A stretch of 64,000 bases of DNA from Candidatus Latescibacterota bacterium (GTDB lineage: Bacteria; Latescibacterota; UBA2968; UBA8231): positions 608,001 through 672,000 of the forward strand of contig OZ244561.1 of assembly GCA_965217585.1 (NCBI GenBank), in the 5' to 3' direction. The translations under genes were made by a program, and so were the position numbers. The notes beneath the pieces are model-generated. The model made no database searches. It saw nothing but the letters and a program-made list of their open reading frames with translations, and was not told where the DNA came from. Of the stretch, positions 28,508 to 38,961 are shown piece after piece; position 1 is the first letter of the stretch; every line of letters begins with the position of its first letter.

Positions 28508-29683
28508 TCAAGGCACAAGCCCCTCGGATAAAGCCTCCAAGTACTTGTAGCCCGACCCCGTATTGAAGAGCACCACGCGCTCGTCCGGGGCCACTAGTCC
28601 CTGCTCCTTGAGCTTGATTAGGGCTGCCAGCGTTGCCCCGCCTTCGGGCGCGGGGAAAATGCCCGCGTGCGCCGCCATGCTGTGCGAATACGCGAGCAGT
28701 TCTTCGTCGCTGACGGCAATGGCTGTGCCGCCGCTCTCCCGCAACACCTGCAACATCAGAAAGTCACCGACCGCGCTGGGGACGCGCAGGCCCGAGGCCA
28801 CCGTATGGGCGTCTTCCCACATCTGGGCAGATTCATCACCGCGAGCAAAAGCCCGGACAATCGGCGCACAGCCCTCGGCCTGCACCGAGATCATCCGCGG
28901 CCTGTGCCGGCCAATCCAGCCGAGTTCCTCCAGCTCGGCGAATGCCTTCCACATCCCGATCAGCCCCGTGCCCCCGCCGGTCGGATAGATCACCACGTCG
29001 GGCAGGGACCAATCCATCTGCTCGGCCAGCTCGTAGCCCAAGGTCTTCTTGCCCTCGATGCGGTACGGCTCCTTCAGGGTCGATACCTCGAACCACCCCT
29101 CGGCTTCCTTGCGCTCGCCGACGATGCGGCCGCAATCGCTGATTAGCCCGTCAACCAGCTCGACCTCGGCACCGCAGGACTGGCACTCGGCGACAAAGGC
29201 CACCGGCGTATCGCGGGGCATAAAGACAATCGCCGGCAGGCCACAGGCGGCCGCGTAAGCCGCCAGCGCACCACCGGCGTTGCCCGCCGTGGGAATAGCT
29301 AACTTTTTCGCGCCCCGAGCGCGGGCGCAAGTGACGGCAGCCGAGAGGCCGCGGGCCTTAAAGGAGCCGGTGGGATTGGGCGATTCGTCCTTAATATAGA
29401 GCTGGGAAAAGCCCGTCCAGCGACCCAAGCGCTCCGGGCGGTGCAGCGGGGTCCAGCCCTCGCCGAGGGAGACGATTTCCGCAGGCGAGCGGACGGGCAT
29501 GACTTCCCGGTAGCGCCACATCGTCGGCGGGCGGGTGCCGAGCGCGGCGCGGTCCAGCGCGTGGCCAGCCCGGTCAAGATCGTAGCGGGCGAGGAGAGGC
29601 GCACCAACCTCCGAGAGGTTGTGCAGCGCGTCGGCGTTGTAGCGCGCGCCCGTGCGGGCGCACTCTAAATGCGTCATAAACAC
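28508..29683 (-). CDS. thrC: threonine synthase
   Basis: NPTGSFKARG, YPTGGGTG. Confidence 0.9.
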   Translation of the reverse strand: MFMTHLECARTGARYNADALHNLSEVGAPLLARYDLDRAGHALDRAALGTRPPTMWRYREVMPVRSPAEIVSLGEGWTPLHRPERLGRWTGFSQLYIKDESPNPTGSFKARGLSAAVTCARARGAKKLAIPTAGNAGGALAAYAAACGLPAIVFMPRDTPVAFVAECQSCGAEVELVDGLISDCGRIVGERKEAEGWFEVSTLKEPYRIEGKKTLGYELAEQMDWSLPDVVIYPTGGGTGLIGMWKAFAELEELGWIGRHRPRMISVQAEGCAPIVRAFARGDESAQMWEDAHTVASGLRVPSAVGDFLMLQVLRESGGTAIAVSDEELLAYSHSMAAHAGIFPAPEGGATLAALIKLKEQGLVAPDERVVLFNTGSGYKYLEALSEGLVP

Positions 29684-30261
29684 GGGGCGGCGTACAATCC
29701 TTTCGCAAGTATGTGGGCCTCGACCGCTTCGGGCACCATGTAGCGGATGGGCAGGCCAGCGGCCCGGCGCGTCCTAATCTCGGTCGAGGATAGCTCAATG
29801 AGCGGGGTATCTATGAAGCGTAGGCGAGCCAGTAGCTTGGGGTCGCCACCCGTCACCTCGCCCGGACGCGCGCCCGCCACCACCGTACACTGGGCAAAAA
29901 CGCCCTCGAGGTCGTGCCAAGCGTCGAGCTGGGCGGTGTTGTCCGCGCCGATGATGAAGAACAGCGCGGCATGGGGATGAAGCTGGTGCAGCAGGCGTAG
30001 GGTTTCGACGGTATAGGACTTGCCCGGGCGGTCTAGCTCCAAGCGCGAGGCCGCAAAGTCAACGCAGCCAGCCACGGCCAACTCGACCATGGCCCAACGC
30101 TCCTCGGCCGGCGCGCACGCGCCCTGCTTGAGCGGCGGATCGGCCGCCGGAATGAAGAGCACTTCGTCGAGGGGAATTTTCTCTACGGCGAAGCGGGCCA
30201 AGAGCAGGTGGCCGTGGTGGATGGGGTCAAAGGTGCCGCCGATGACGCCGATGCGCCGCAT
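29674..30261 (-). CDS. nadD: nicotinate-nucleotide adenylyltransferase
   Basis: GGTFDPIHHGH, SYTVETL, SSTEIR. Confidence 0.96.
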   Translation of the reverse strand: MRRIGVIGGTFDPIHHGHLLLARFAVEKIPLDEVLFIPAADPPLKQGACAPAEERWAMVELAVAGCVDFAASRLELDRPGKSYTVETLRLLHQLHPHAALFFIIGADNTAQLDAWHDLEGVFAQCTVVAGARPGEVTGGDPKLLARLRFIDTPLIELSSTEIRTRRAAGLPIRYMVPEAVEAHILAKGLYAAPCL

Positions 30262-30263
30262 CT

Positions 30264-31010
30264 TCAGCCCGGCGATTGGCTCAGCCCAGACAGGTGCTTT
30301 TGCACATCCTCGACCAACTCCGGGTCGCCGCTGTCTTGTAGTACTTCCTTCCAGTAGCGCACCGCTAGATCCACATCGCCTTGGGCGCGGGCGATTTCGC
30401 CCATGCGGAAGAGAGTAGTGTAATACCACTCGTTAACATCCGGGTACTCGCGCAGGACTTCCTCGTAGATCATTTTGGCCGCGTCGAGATGTCCCTGTTT
30501 GTGGTACAGGCGGCCGCTCAGGTACTGCTTCTTGGCCAAGCGGCTCCGGCAATCGACGATGCGCTGGCGAGCCTGTTCAGCCAAGGGCGAGTCGGAATGG
30601 TCCTCGATGAAATTGCGGAAGGCCGTCAGGGCCTCAAAGGTCTCCTTCTGATCGAGCTCCGGGCGGCGCAATTGCTTGAAGTACGACTCGCCGATCTTGA
30701 ACTGCGCCTCGACTGCCCACTCGCTAGACGGGTAAATATCGACGATGCGCTGATACTCAAAGGCTGCGTTGACCCAATCGCGATTGCAAAAGTACGCTTC
30801 GGCGAGGAGGAATTGCGCCTCGGCAACCCGGCGCGAGCCAGGAAAGTTGCTGACTAAGCGCTTGAAGTGCTCGGATGCCTCGAGGCAGCGGTTCTTCTCC
30901 ATGGCCTTTTGGCCTTCTTCAAAGTAGTAATCCGCGCCTTGGAGTTTCTCGGGCGGCGTGCTGGCGCAGGCGGCGACGCACAGGGCGAGCAGAAAAGCGA
31001 GGTATTTCAT
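30264..31010 (-). CDS. bamD: outer membrane assembly lipoprotein BamD
   Basis: lipobox, TPR repeats, ELDQ...AKKQY pattern. Confidence 0.85.
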   Translation of the reverse strand: MKYLAFLLALCVAACASTPPEKLQGADYYFEEGQKAMEKNRCLEASEHFKRLVSNFPGSRRVAEAQFLLAEAYFCNRDWVNAAFEYQRIVDIYPSSEWAVEAQFKIGESYFKQLRRPELDQKETFEALTAFRNFIEDHSDSPLAEQARQRIVDCRSRLAKKQYLSGRLYHKQGHLDAAKMIYEEVLREYPDVNEWYYTTLFRMGEIARAQGDVDLAVRYWKEVLQDSGDPELVEDVQKHLSGLSQSPG

Positions 31011-31012
31011 GG

Positions 31013-31639
31013 CTAGCGATTAGAAAAGAATAAATAGATAAGCCCACCGAGCACGGTGGATACGATCACAGGTTCGACAAATTTGCTCCACGTTTGTTCC
31101 TCTAACTCGGTCTTGGCGAATTTGAATTGGTCGTGCTGAAGCATTTCTAACTGCTTCTTGGGGATCCGATCGCGCTGCGTGCGGGTGATTTCGTCCTGCC
31201 AGTGCACCACGTCGTCGCGCTCGTCGCTCAAGCGCAGGGCGAGCGTTACCCGGCCCTGGCGGCTGACCTCGCTACCGCGCAATCCCGAATGCGCGGAGAC
31301 GCCGAGGTCAAGCACCCGGTAGGACAGGCGCATACTCGTCGGTTGGGCCGCAGTCGAATCCAAGGTCACGCTAAAGCCGCGCGTCAGCAGCCGGTTGGCC
31401 AGCAGGTGCTCGACCATCCAATTGGCGTCGTGCTTGCTCTGCGCCACGACCAACAAGGGGGCCATCGCGGCGTCGGCCGGCATCTCAATGCGCGCCAAAC
31501 TCTCATCGACCGCACTCGCCACGGTCTCGACCAACAAGTCCATATTGGTGGGAAAAGGAACGGCGACCGACGCGGTGGCACAGACCATCAGCGCGGCCAA
31601 AAGGCGATAACAGAATCGGAGCAAGATCGTTCGCATCAA
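31013..31639 (-). CDS. hypothetical protein with C-terminal TM segment
   Basis: ORF within an operon, signal-like N-terminus, EPVIVS...IYLFF tail. Confidence 0.75.
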   Translation of the reverse strand: MMRTILLRFCYRLLAALMVCATASVAVPFPTNMDLLVETVASAVDESLARIEMPADAAMAPLLVVAQSKHDANWMVEHLLANRLLTRGFSVTLDSTAAQPTSMRLSYRVLDLGVSAHSGLRGSEVSRQGRVTLALRLSDERDDVVHWQDEITRTQRDRIPKKQLEMLQHDQFKFAKTELEEQTWSKFVEPVIVSTVLGGLIYLFFSNR

Positions 31640-32376
31640 CCGCCGAGTTGCTTTATTTGTTCGCGGGCAGCGGGCGCGTATTCGCTGTCTGGATATTCGT
31701 TGAGCAGCTTGCGCAAGGCCGCAAGCGCTCGGTCGCGCTCGTCCAAGGCGAGGTGGCAGCGGGCGATTTTTAGCTGGGCGTCGTCGGCCTTACCCGTGTT
31801 GCTGAAGGCAAACACCTTGGTGAATTCGATGAGCGATTGCTGGTATTTGCGCAGCCCGTAATAGCACTCGCCCTTCCAGTACTGGGCGTTATCGGACCAT
31901 TCGCTCATGGGTGCTTCCTGCAGCAAGCGGTCAAACTCGGCCAAGGCACGGTCGTATTGTTCGTGGCGATAGTAGTAGAGCGCACCTTGGTACATGTTGA
32001 ACGCATCGCTTTTGCCGACGGCAGCCGTCGTATCGGCCCGTGTATCGCGGTTGCTGGTATTAGCGGCACCGCGCGGCGGCATCGCGCGGCGGGGCAAAGA
32101 ATCCAGCCGCGCACTTAGGACGCGGCTCTGGCTTTGGAGGGCCCTGAGTGCCTGCCGCAACTGAGCATTGGATGCCTCTAGCTGACGCACGCGCTCGGCC
32201 ATGGCCTGCTCGCGCTCGTACGCAGCCGCAACGGCGCGTTCGAGCGCCTGGAGGGCCCCACTTTTTTCCTCCTGCTGGGCCTCCTCCCACTGGACGGGAG
32301 GTTGTCCAGTTTGCGGCGGCGTAGCACAAGCCCCAAGGCCCAAGGCCAACACCAACGCGCTTTTCGCGCTTTTCAT
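31636..32376 (-). CDS. CpoB/YbgF-like TPR lipoprotein
   Basis: lipobox, coiled coil, DNAQYWKGECYY. Confidence 0.85.
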   Translation of the reverse strand: MKSAKSALVLALGLGACATPPQTGQPPVQWEEAQQEEKSGALQALERAVAAAYEREQAMAERVRQLEASNAQLRQALRALQSQSRVLSARLDSLPRRAMPPRGAANTSNRDTRADTTAAVGKSDAFNMYQGALYYYRHEQYDRALAEFDRLLQEAPMSEWSDNAQYWKGECYYGLRKYQQSLIEFTKVFAFSNTGKADDAQLKIARCHLALDERDRALAALRKLLNEYPDSEYAPAAREQIKQLGG

Positions 32377-32461
32377 CGCATTTTTAATTGGAAGCACCAA
32401 TGAACCATCTTCGATAAATATAGCACAATCCCCCTCCCCAGACCAAATCGCGCAAGGGGCG

Positions 32462-32977
32462 TCACGCGCTGGGCAGCGCCTTGATGCGCTCGACTAATTG
32501 GGTAGTGGAAACGCCCGGCCACAGCGGCAGGGCGCGAACTTGGCCGCCGCGCGTTTCGACGTGTTCGCGGCCGACGATGGCGGCCGGGGCGTAATCGCCA
32601 CCCTTGACCAAGACATCGGGCGCGAGTGCGGCCACGAGGCTCTCGACGCTCTCACCTGAGAAAATGCACACATGCGAAACGCATTCTAAGGCCGCGAGCA
32701 CGGCGGCGCGGTCGCCCTGTGGGCAGAGGGGACGGCCCCGTCCCTTGAGGGCGCGGACCCCGTCGTCGTCGTTTAACCCCACCGCGAGACAATCGCCCAA
32801 GGCGCGCGCCGCGCGTAGGTACTCGACGTGGCCGCGGTGCAGTAGGTCAAAGCATCCATTGGTGAAGACGAAGGTCTGCCGCGCTTTTTTCAATTGGCTG
32901 CGGACGGCAAGCAACTGGTCGCACGTAATGATTTTGGCGGGACCGGCCCAGGCCGGCGGTGCATCGGGCGACTGCAT
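32462..32977 (-). CDS. rfaE2: heptose-1-phosphate adenylyltransferase (RfaE2)
   Basis: FTNGCFDLLHRGH, LVKGGDY, STT. Confidence 0.92.
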   Translation of the reverse strand: MQSPDAPPAWAGPAKIITCDQLLAVRSQLKKARQTFVFTNGCFDLLHRGHVEYLRAARALGDCLAVGLNDDDGVRALKGRGRPLCPQGDRAAVLAALECVSHVCIFSGESVESLVAALAPDVLVKGGDYAPAAIVGREHVETRGGQVRALPLWPGVSTTQLVERIKALPSA

Positions 32978-33000
32978 GGGCAAAGACGAGATGTAAAAGA

Positions 33001-33078
33001 TGGGGTGGATGACGGGAATTGAACCCGCGCCCTCCAGGGCCACAACCTGGCGCTCTAACCAACTGAGCTACACCCACC
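33001..33078 (-). tRNA. tRNA-His(GTG)
   Basis: G-1, anticodon GTG, CCA. Confidence 0.97.
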
Positions 33079-33099
33079 ACTATGTCTTGAGGGCTTGCA

Positions 33100-33176
33100 T
33101 GGCGTGCCCAGTAGGACTCGAACCTACGACCGTCTGCTTAGAAGGCAGATGCTCTATCCAACTGAGCTATGGGCAC
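33100..33176 (-). tRNA. tRNA-Arg(TCT)
   Basis: anticodon arm TCTGC-CTTCTAA-GCAGA, CCA. Confidence 0.97.
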
Positions 33177-33302
33177 ATCGCCAAGCGGTGCAAGCATTCA
33201 AAGATATTAGGGGCTATTGCGATCAAAGTCAACGCGACTCGCGGCTAGGCCGGACCTCTGCCGGGGCCGGGGGTCGCCATGTATCCGCCGGGCCCCAACC
33301 GC

Positions 33303-35333
33303 CTACTCGACCGGGACCTCGCCGCCATGCCAAGGAAAGGCGTAGCTGGGGTCGTTTACAAACCGTCTCAGGCCGCAGGATAGGCGCACGGACGTCATCG
33401 GCGGCAAGGTCACGGTGAAGTGCTTGCCGTTGACCTGAATGGTATTCGCGGTCGCGGTCTTGATCGAACGCACGCGGGTATTGGGGTTGAGGTCGTCGCT
33501 GCTGTAATCCGTCCCCGTGAACTCCACTTCCGTGAAGGAATGCTCGCCGAAGGCGCCGGACTGGACGATGAGGTTCCGGCACTCGCTGTGGCTCGTGTTC
33601 ACTAGCTGGATTCCGCATCCATTGGCGGAGAGATCATCGACGAGGGCGGCCACGTCCGGCGGCAGGCCGGGGCGGATGGCGTCGGCGTCGAAGTAACGCA
33701 CGGTCGCGCGCAGTATTCCCCCGTTGTAGAGTTGACCGGGGCAGCCCATGGTCGTCTGCACGAGGCCCTTGACGATCACGGGATTTGGCGGCCAAGCGTT
33801 GTCTGCGATGATCTGCTGGACGGTGCGGGTGTCGCGCATCATACCCTCGAGGAAATCGGCGACCTGTTGGTAGTCGGCCTGCAAACACTGCACCGGCCAG
33901 TCCGGGTTCTTGCCGTCGTAATACTGGAAGCGGGCGAATTCGGTGCGAGCGCCGCCGCGGTCGCCGATGGGCGGGAGCTCGTTCCAGTCGGTGCCGCCGC
34001 CGTCCCGCACCTGGGTGACCAGCTCGTAGTCGCCCTGTGACATGGACTCGTGCCACAGGTTGACCAGATGGGTGGGGCCGCCGCGGATGGTGAACTCGGC
34101 GTAGCCGGTCCAGCCGTCGGGCCCGTGGCTCTTCGGCACCACCAGCTCGCCCTGCTCGGTCTTGCCGCGGTCGAGGAGGGCGACGATCTGCGAGCGCAGC
34201 ACTTCGAGGTAGTCGTCGTCGCCGCTGAGCAGATGGGCGCACTGGGCCCCGACGATGAGACCGAGAAAGAGTCGGTCGGCGGCACTCTCGCTGCTGCTCC
34301 AGCCGTGCAACCCCCCCCACCACTGGCCGTCGTGGTGTTCGCCGATCTTGCCGGTGGGACCGACGTTGTCGGGAATGACCCCATCGTTGTCGCGGATGCG
34401 CTCTATCCAGCCGCCGACGTAGTCGAGGACCCACTTCTTGTACTTCTCGTCGCCGGTGTAGAGGTAGGCGTTGGTCACCAGCGCCGTGGCGCAGAGGCCG
34501 GCCGGCTCGTCGCCCTGCAGCGCCATCTCGTCGAAGAGGTCGAGGATCTCCTCGCGACGAGCTTGGTCCTCGTACCACCGTGGCTCGAGCTCCTTGATCT
34601 TCGGGTAGAGGAAGTGAGGCGTCAGCGGCTCGGTACTCGGATTGTCTTGGAGCGCGTTGCGATGGCCAAAATCGCCCAGCGAGCCGCGATCGAGCCAGTG
34701 GCGCACCAAGTGGACGTGATCCGAGATGTCCCCTCCTCGTTGGACAATGCCTTCGTGCTGGCGCACGGACGTCATCGGGCCGGCACCGCCGTGGAGTGGC
34801 GAGCGGAAGACACCGTGCTCGGTATCGAAGTTGGGCGCGTTGGGGTCCTCGCCGATGTACATGGCGGCGAACTTGCGGGCGCGCTCGCGGTTGGACGGAT
34901 TGGTCGGATCGGCGACGCCGAAGTCGTAGAGCATCTGATTGCCCTCGCCCATGTGGAACCAGTCGGCGTTGAAGGGGATGCTGAGGTTCCAGTACTCGTT
35001 GCGCAACTGCGGCATGTACATGGGATGCTTAGGCTCGTCGTCGGTCAGCTTGCGCTCTTCGCTGTAGAGCCAAGTGATCGCATCCCATTCCCGCTTGGCG
35101 ATGTGGAGGAAGCGCTCGTGGCCGCCTAGGGCGTAGAGCATGGCGCGCATGGAGCGGCTTTCGTAGGCGTCGTCCACGTCGAAGAAATGGTACACCCGGC
35201 CGTCGGAGCGGGCATAGCCCTCCGTGGCGCTGTCGCCCGCTGTCTCCAAGATGCTGAACAGGCGACGCTGCAGCAACGCCCACTTGGGCGGGGGGAGGAT
35301 GTCGGTACTAACGATGGTCGGTATGGTAGCCAT
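33303..35333 (-). CDS. uncharacterised 676-aa protein (paralogue of 38962-40992)
   Basis: long ORF with many motifs shared with the paralogue. Confidence 0.88.
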   Translation of the reverse strand: MATIPTIVSTDILPPPKWALLQRRLFSILETAGDSATEGYARSDGRVYHFFDVDDAYESRSMRAMLYALGGHERFLHIAKREWDAITWLYSEERKLTDDEPKHPMYMPQLRNEYWNLSIPFNADWFHMGEGNQMLYDFGVADPTNPSNRERARKFAAMYIGEDPNAPNFDTEHGVFRSPLHGGAGPMTSVRQHEGIVQRGGDISDHVHLVRHWLDRGSLGDFGHRNALQDNPSTEPLTPHFLYPKIKELEPRWYEDQARREEILDLFDEMALQGDEPAGLCATALVTNAYLYTGDEKYKKWVLDYVGGWIERIRDNDGVIPDNVGPTGKIGEHHDGQWWGGLHGWSSSESAADRLFLGLIVGAQCAHLLSGDDDYLEVLRSQIVALLDRGKTEQGELVVPKSHGPDGWTGYAEFTIRGGPTHLVNLWHESMSQGDYELVTQVRDGGGTDWNELPPIGDRGGARTEFARFQYYDGKNPDWPVQCLQADYQQVADFLEGMMRDTRTVQQIIADNAWPPNPVIVKGLVQTTMGCPGQLYNGGILRATVRYFDADAIRPGLPPDVAALVDDLSANGCGIQLVNTSHSECRNLIVQSGAFGEHSFTEVEFTGTDYSSDDLNPNTRVRSIKTATANTIQVNGKHFTVTLPPMTSVRLSCGLRRFVNDPSYAFPWHGGEVPVE

Positions 35334-35451
35334 TTCTCGCCTTTCCTCTATTCGATTGAAAGGGAATTCGCCGTGCTAGGGGGACAGCTATTATAAGGTC
35401 AAATCCCTTCCTGAAGAAAGCCGGGCGGTGACCGATTGAGAGCAGGTCGGG

Positions 35452-37443
35452 CTAGTAGTGGTGGGAGAAGACCGGGACTTTGTTGCCGGTGCCACCGGCC
35501 AGCAAGTCGACGACGAGCCAGAACGCGGAGCAGGTAATCTGCCCCAATATGAAACCGAGAAAGAGGGGTCGCAGGGCGCGGTAGAGCCGGACTCCACCGT
35601 ACTTAAGGATGAAAGCCTTCAGGACCGATCCCAAGAAGATACTGAACCAACTCGCCGAGGTCATGTTGGTGGCGCTGACGGCGAAGCCGATATAGTGTAT
35701 GGGCCACCACAGGAAATGGTGCCGGGCCCAGATGAGGGCGGTCATGACGGCACCGCCGATGCCGGTGAACAACAACCGCGGGCCCATCACGTCAAAAGGC
35801 TCCAACAGGCTGACGGGGTTCAGAATTTTGTAGGCGGTGAAGCTGGAGGGCCCCTTGGCCATGGCCTGATACGCCCACAGCTCCAGATTGATGCCGCCGT
35901 GCTCGTAGGCGAGGTAGATGACGAGCCAGACCGAGGAGAGCAGGCTGACGAGCATGGCGACGACCATCGCCCAGAAAAGGGGACGCCGGAGCGCACCGAC
36001 GCCCTCGGCCAACTTCATGCCGTTGATGGCCGAGGCCATGAGCAGGATGCGAAGGTTGCCGGCCCAGCTAAAGGTCATGGCCAAGCTGAAGATGCCGGGC
36101 GGAGTGACGGAACCAGTGCCGAGAAAATTGATGACGATAGGCTGGGACGTCATCTGGGGCCGGATGAAGCCCAAGCCGCTCTCGGCGATGAGGCGGGCCA
36201 TGAACAGGAAGACGCCGAACGCCACCAGTAGGAAGACGATGGTCACCCACAGCGGCACCCCCGACAAGGTGAGCCAGGCCATCACGTAAAGGCTGCAGAC
36301 GCCCAGCAGCAGGGCGGCCGCCCGGTAGGAGAGCATCTCACCGCTGTCGTTGGTGGCGTTGGGGCCGGAACGCCAGACTTTGAGGGCGACCGTCTTGAGG
36401 TGATCTCGGGCCGTCCAGATGCCGTACGCGATGAGGGCCAGCATGGCACCCATGCCTTGGTGCGCCAGCATCAGGGTCCCCTCCATGAACTTCTCGATTT
36501 CCCCCGACAGCCGGTAGCCGATGGTGTACTGGAGCCCCATCTGCAGGTTGGCCAGCAAGTGGAACAGCCAGAGGCTGGAGGCCAACGCGAAGCTGAGGAA
36601 GTAAGCCAAGCCGAGGACGGTAAAGCTGAGGAGGATTTCGAGGGCACCAAAGTCGCGAAAGGGTACGATGACGGTGTACAGGTTGACCTTGGGAATGGAC
36701 GGAAAATAGAAATTCAGTCCGTGGGTACTCATCAGGCAGAACGGCACTAAGAAGCCAACCCACATGAGCGGGCTCTTCAGGAATGGGCCGAAGCGATCGC
36801 CGGGCCGGCCCTCCTCGATCATCTGCAAAGGCAGCTGCACTAGCGGGAAGAGCAGGCGCTCGTGGTCCACCCATTGCCGGCGCAGCAGCACCATCAGCGC
36901 GATCATCATCAGGTATATGGCCACGATGAAGCTGAGCCAAGCGACCAGCGGCACGACCCAAGCACTCCAGGGGATGGCCGCGCCTTCGGGCAGGCCCTCA
37001 AAGAAATAGCTGACGGCATCGTGGTCATGAACCACCATCCAGCGGTGGATGTGGGGGTGGATGAGCTCGGACCAGTCGTTCTCGACCGTGGCGAAGTAGT
37101 AAACCGCCGGGAGCATCGGGATGAGGTTGGCCGAAAAACCCCAGGTGGGAATGGTCGAGGCGATGATGAGCATCACGTAGATCACGGCCAGTTCGCCGCG
37201 ATTGAAGCCCCAAGGCGGATGCACCAGCTTGAGCAACGGATTGAGAAAAGCGGTGAGGAGGAAGAAGACGGCCACGGCCCCGGCGGTGATGTAGTCCGAG
37301 GACATACCGGCCGTGGACAGGGCCAGCCGGCAGTAGGCAAAGCCGACGCTGATGAGCAGGGACAACAAGGTCCCGGCGATGATGCTGCGGGCAAAGCGCA
37401 GGTGGGTCTCGCCAGCGGCTTGTGGGGTGCAGGAAGCGGCCAT
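35452..37443 (-). CDS. DUF6785-type polytopic membrane protein (putative transporter)
   Basis: many TM helices, RQWVDHERLLFPL, WWPIHYIGF, KYGG..LY. Confidence 0.8.
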   Translation of the reverse strand: MAASCTPQAAGETHLRFARSIIAGTLLSLLISVGFAYCRLALSTAGMSSDYITAGAVAVFFLLTAFLNPLLKLVHPPWGFNRGELAVIYVMLIIASTIPTWGFSANLIPMLPAVYYFATVENDWSELIHPHIHRWMVVHDHDAVSYFFEGLPEGAAIPWSAWVVPLVAWLSFIVAIYLMMIALMVLLRRQWVDHERLLFPLVQLPLQMIEEGRPGDRFGPFLKSPLMWVGFLVPFCLMSTHGLNFYFPSIPKVNLYTVIVPFRDFGALEILLSFTVLGLAYFLSFALASSLWLFHLLANLQMGLQYTIGYRLSGEIEKFMEGTLMLAHQGMGAMLALIAYGIWTARDHLKTVALKVWRSGPNATNDSGEMLSYRAAALLLGVCSLYVMAWLTLSGVPLWVTIVFLLVAFGVFLFMARLIAESGLGFIRPQMTSQPIVINFLGTGSVTPPGIFSLAMTFSWAGNLRILLMASAINGMKLAEGVGALRRPLFWAMVVAMLVSLLSSVWLVIYLAYEHGGINLELWAYQAMAKGPSSFTAYKILNPVSLLEPFDVMGPRLLFTGIGGAVMTALIWARHHFLWWPIHYIGFAVSATNMTSASWFSIFLGSVLKAFILKYGGVRLYRALRPLFLGFILGQITCSAFWLVVDLLAGGTGNKVPVFSHHY

Positions 37444-37591
37444 TCTGCTCCGTTCCGGCGCTCCGCGGCACCGGAGTTTGTATGGGACGAGTTGACGGCC
37501 TGCGGAGGAATCGCCTGCTTGTCCGGAACTAATTAAAGAAGCGACAATTTGTGCGTTCTGTCGATGCAGCCTGATTAGGAGGAAGGAGCTT

Positions 37592-38710
37592 ATGACCCAA
37601 GACAACAGGACCTATCGCGTCGCCTTGATCGGCTGCGGCCGCAAGGGGCACGGACACGCCCGGGGGTACGCGGGCAATCCGCGCACCGAGATCGTCGCCG
37701 CCGCCGATCCGGACGCCGACAATCTGAAGCTGTTTCTGGAACACTTTCCGGTGCAGGGGTATGCCGACTACCGCGAGCTGCTCGCCCAAGAGGAGATCGA
37801 CATCGCCGCCCCGATCCTGCCGGTGCAGCCCAACCCGCAAGTCGTCATCGATTGTTCCGGTGCCGACGTCAAGGCCATTTACTGCGAAAAGCCGATGGCG
37901 GCGAGTCTGGCGGAAGCCGACGCCATGGTTCAGGCCTGCGAATCGCGGGGCATCGCCTTTGCCTCGGGGGACGCCTACCGAAACATGCCCCAGCATTGGA
38001 AGGTCAAGGGCCTCATGGACTCGGGCGACCTCGGGGAGCTGTGCAGCATCAATCTGTACCAGTCCACCAACGAGATCTCGGGGGGCGGCTGCCAAGGCCT
38101 CAGCGTCCTGCGCCTATTCGCCGACGACGCCGACGTGGAATGGGTGACCGGCTGGTGCCTCGGCGACCCGTTTTCGGACGACGACCAGTGCATGGGTGGG
38201 CACGTCCGGTTCGCCAACGGCGCGGACGCCTTCATCCACACCAAGCGCTCGCCTCTCGAGGGCATCGAGGTAGTGTGCAGTAAGGGCGTGTACCATTCGA
38301 CCTGGAACAGCGGTCATCTCTGGCGGGGTGAGCCTCATAAGAAACTGGCGGAAGAGGAAGGTTTCTTCGCGGAATTTGGCGATCCGGAGGACTGGATCAA
38401 CCCCAGCGGTACGCGCCAGCGCGGCGGCATCCAGTCCATTGTTGAGGCCCTCGACCAGGGCATCGAACCCCGCTGCAGCGGGGCCAACATGCGCAAGGTG
38501 CTCGAGATCGCCATCGGCCTGCGCCAGTCGCACCGCGAGAATCACGCACCCGTCCGCTTCCCCATCCGGGACCGCAGCCAGAAGATCGTCCCGGCGAGGA
38601 GCCGCTTGCTCAACAAGAAGGAGACCCTAGGCGAGGAGCGTTATAGCGAGCAGATCAAGTCGGCGGCCGAAAAACCGCTCGGCGGGGCCGCAGTGGAAAC
38701 GGCGAGGTGA
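37592..38710 (+). CDS. Gfo/Idh/MocA oxidoreductase
   Basis: IGCG, CEKP; strong RBS. Confidence 0.9.
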   Translation: MTQDNRTYRVALIGCGRKGHGHARGYAGNPRTEIVAAADPDADNLKLFLEHFPVQGYADYRELLAQEEIDIAAPILPVQPNPQVVIDCSGADVKAIYCEKPMAASLAEADAMVQACESRGIAFASGDAYRNMPQHWKVKGLMDSGDLGELCSINLYQSTNEISGGGCQGLSVLRLFADDADVEWVTGWCLGDPFSDDDQCMGGHVRFANGADAFIHTKRSPLEGIEVVCSKGVYHSTWNSGHLWRGEPHKKLAEEEGFFAEFGDPEDWINPSGTRQRGGIQSIVEALDQGIEPRCSGANMRKVLEIAIGLRQSHRENHAPVRFPIRDRSQKIVPARSRLLNKKETLGEERYSEQIKSAAEKPLGGAAVETAR

Positions 38711-38961
38711 TGGTATCGTCGAGGCCGCCGGTTCGCCGCCTCGATCGCGTCCAGACCGTTGGGGCGAAAAGTGAGTTTTCTCGGTTTGGCTTAGATTCTA
38801 TATTTTATCCCTGCTCCCGCACGTCGCATACCACAGGACGCTCGCCTTTGTCAGCCGCTTTTGCGGCAAGCGGCGTCATGGGGGCCATCGTCGGCGGGGT
38901 CTAGGTGAAGCAGATGGGCGGACAGAAACGGGATGATTGACCAACGATCAAGGAGGCTGCT

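Noticed and set aside
34050-37536. Long antisense ORFs (e.g. 34050-35129, 35458-36231, 36862-37536) and similar ones elsewhere
   Set aside because: Shadow ORFs expected opposite real genes in GC-rich DNA; no recognisable motifs.
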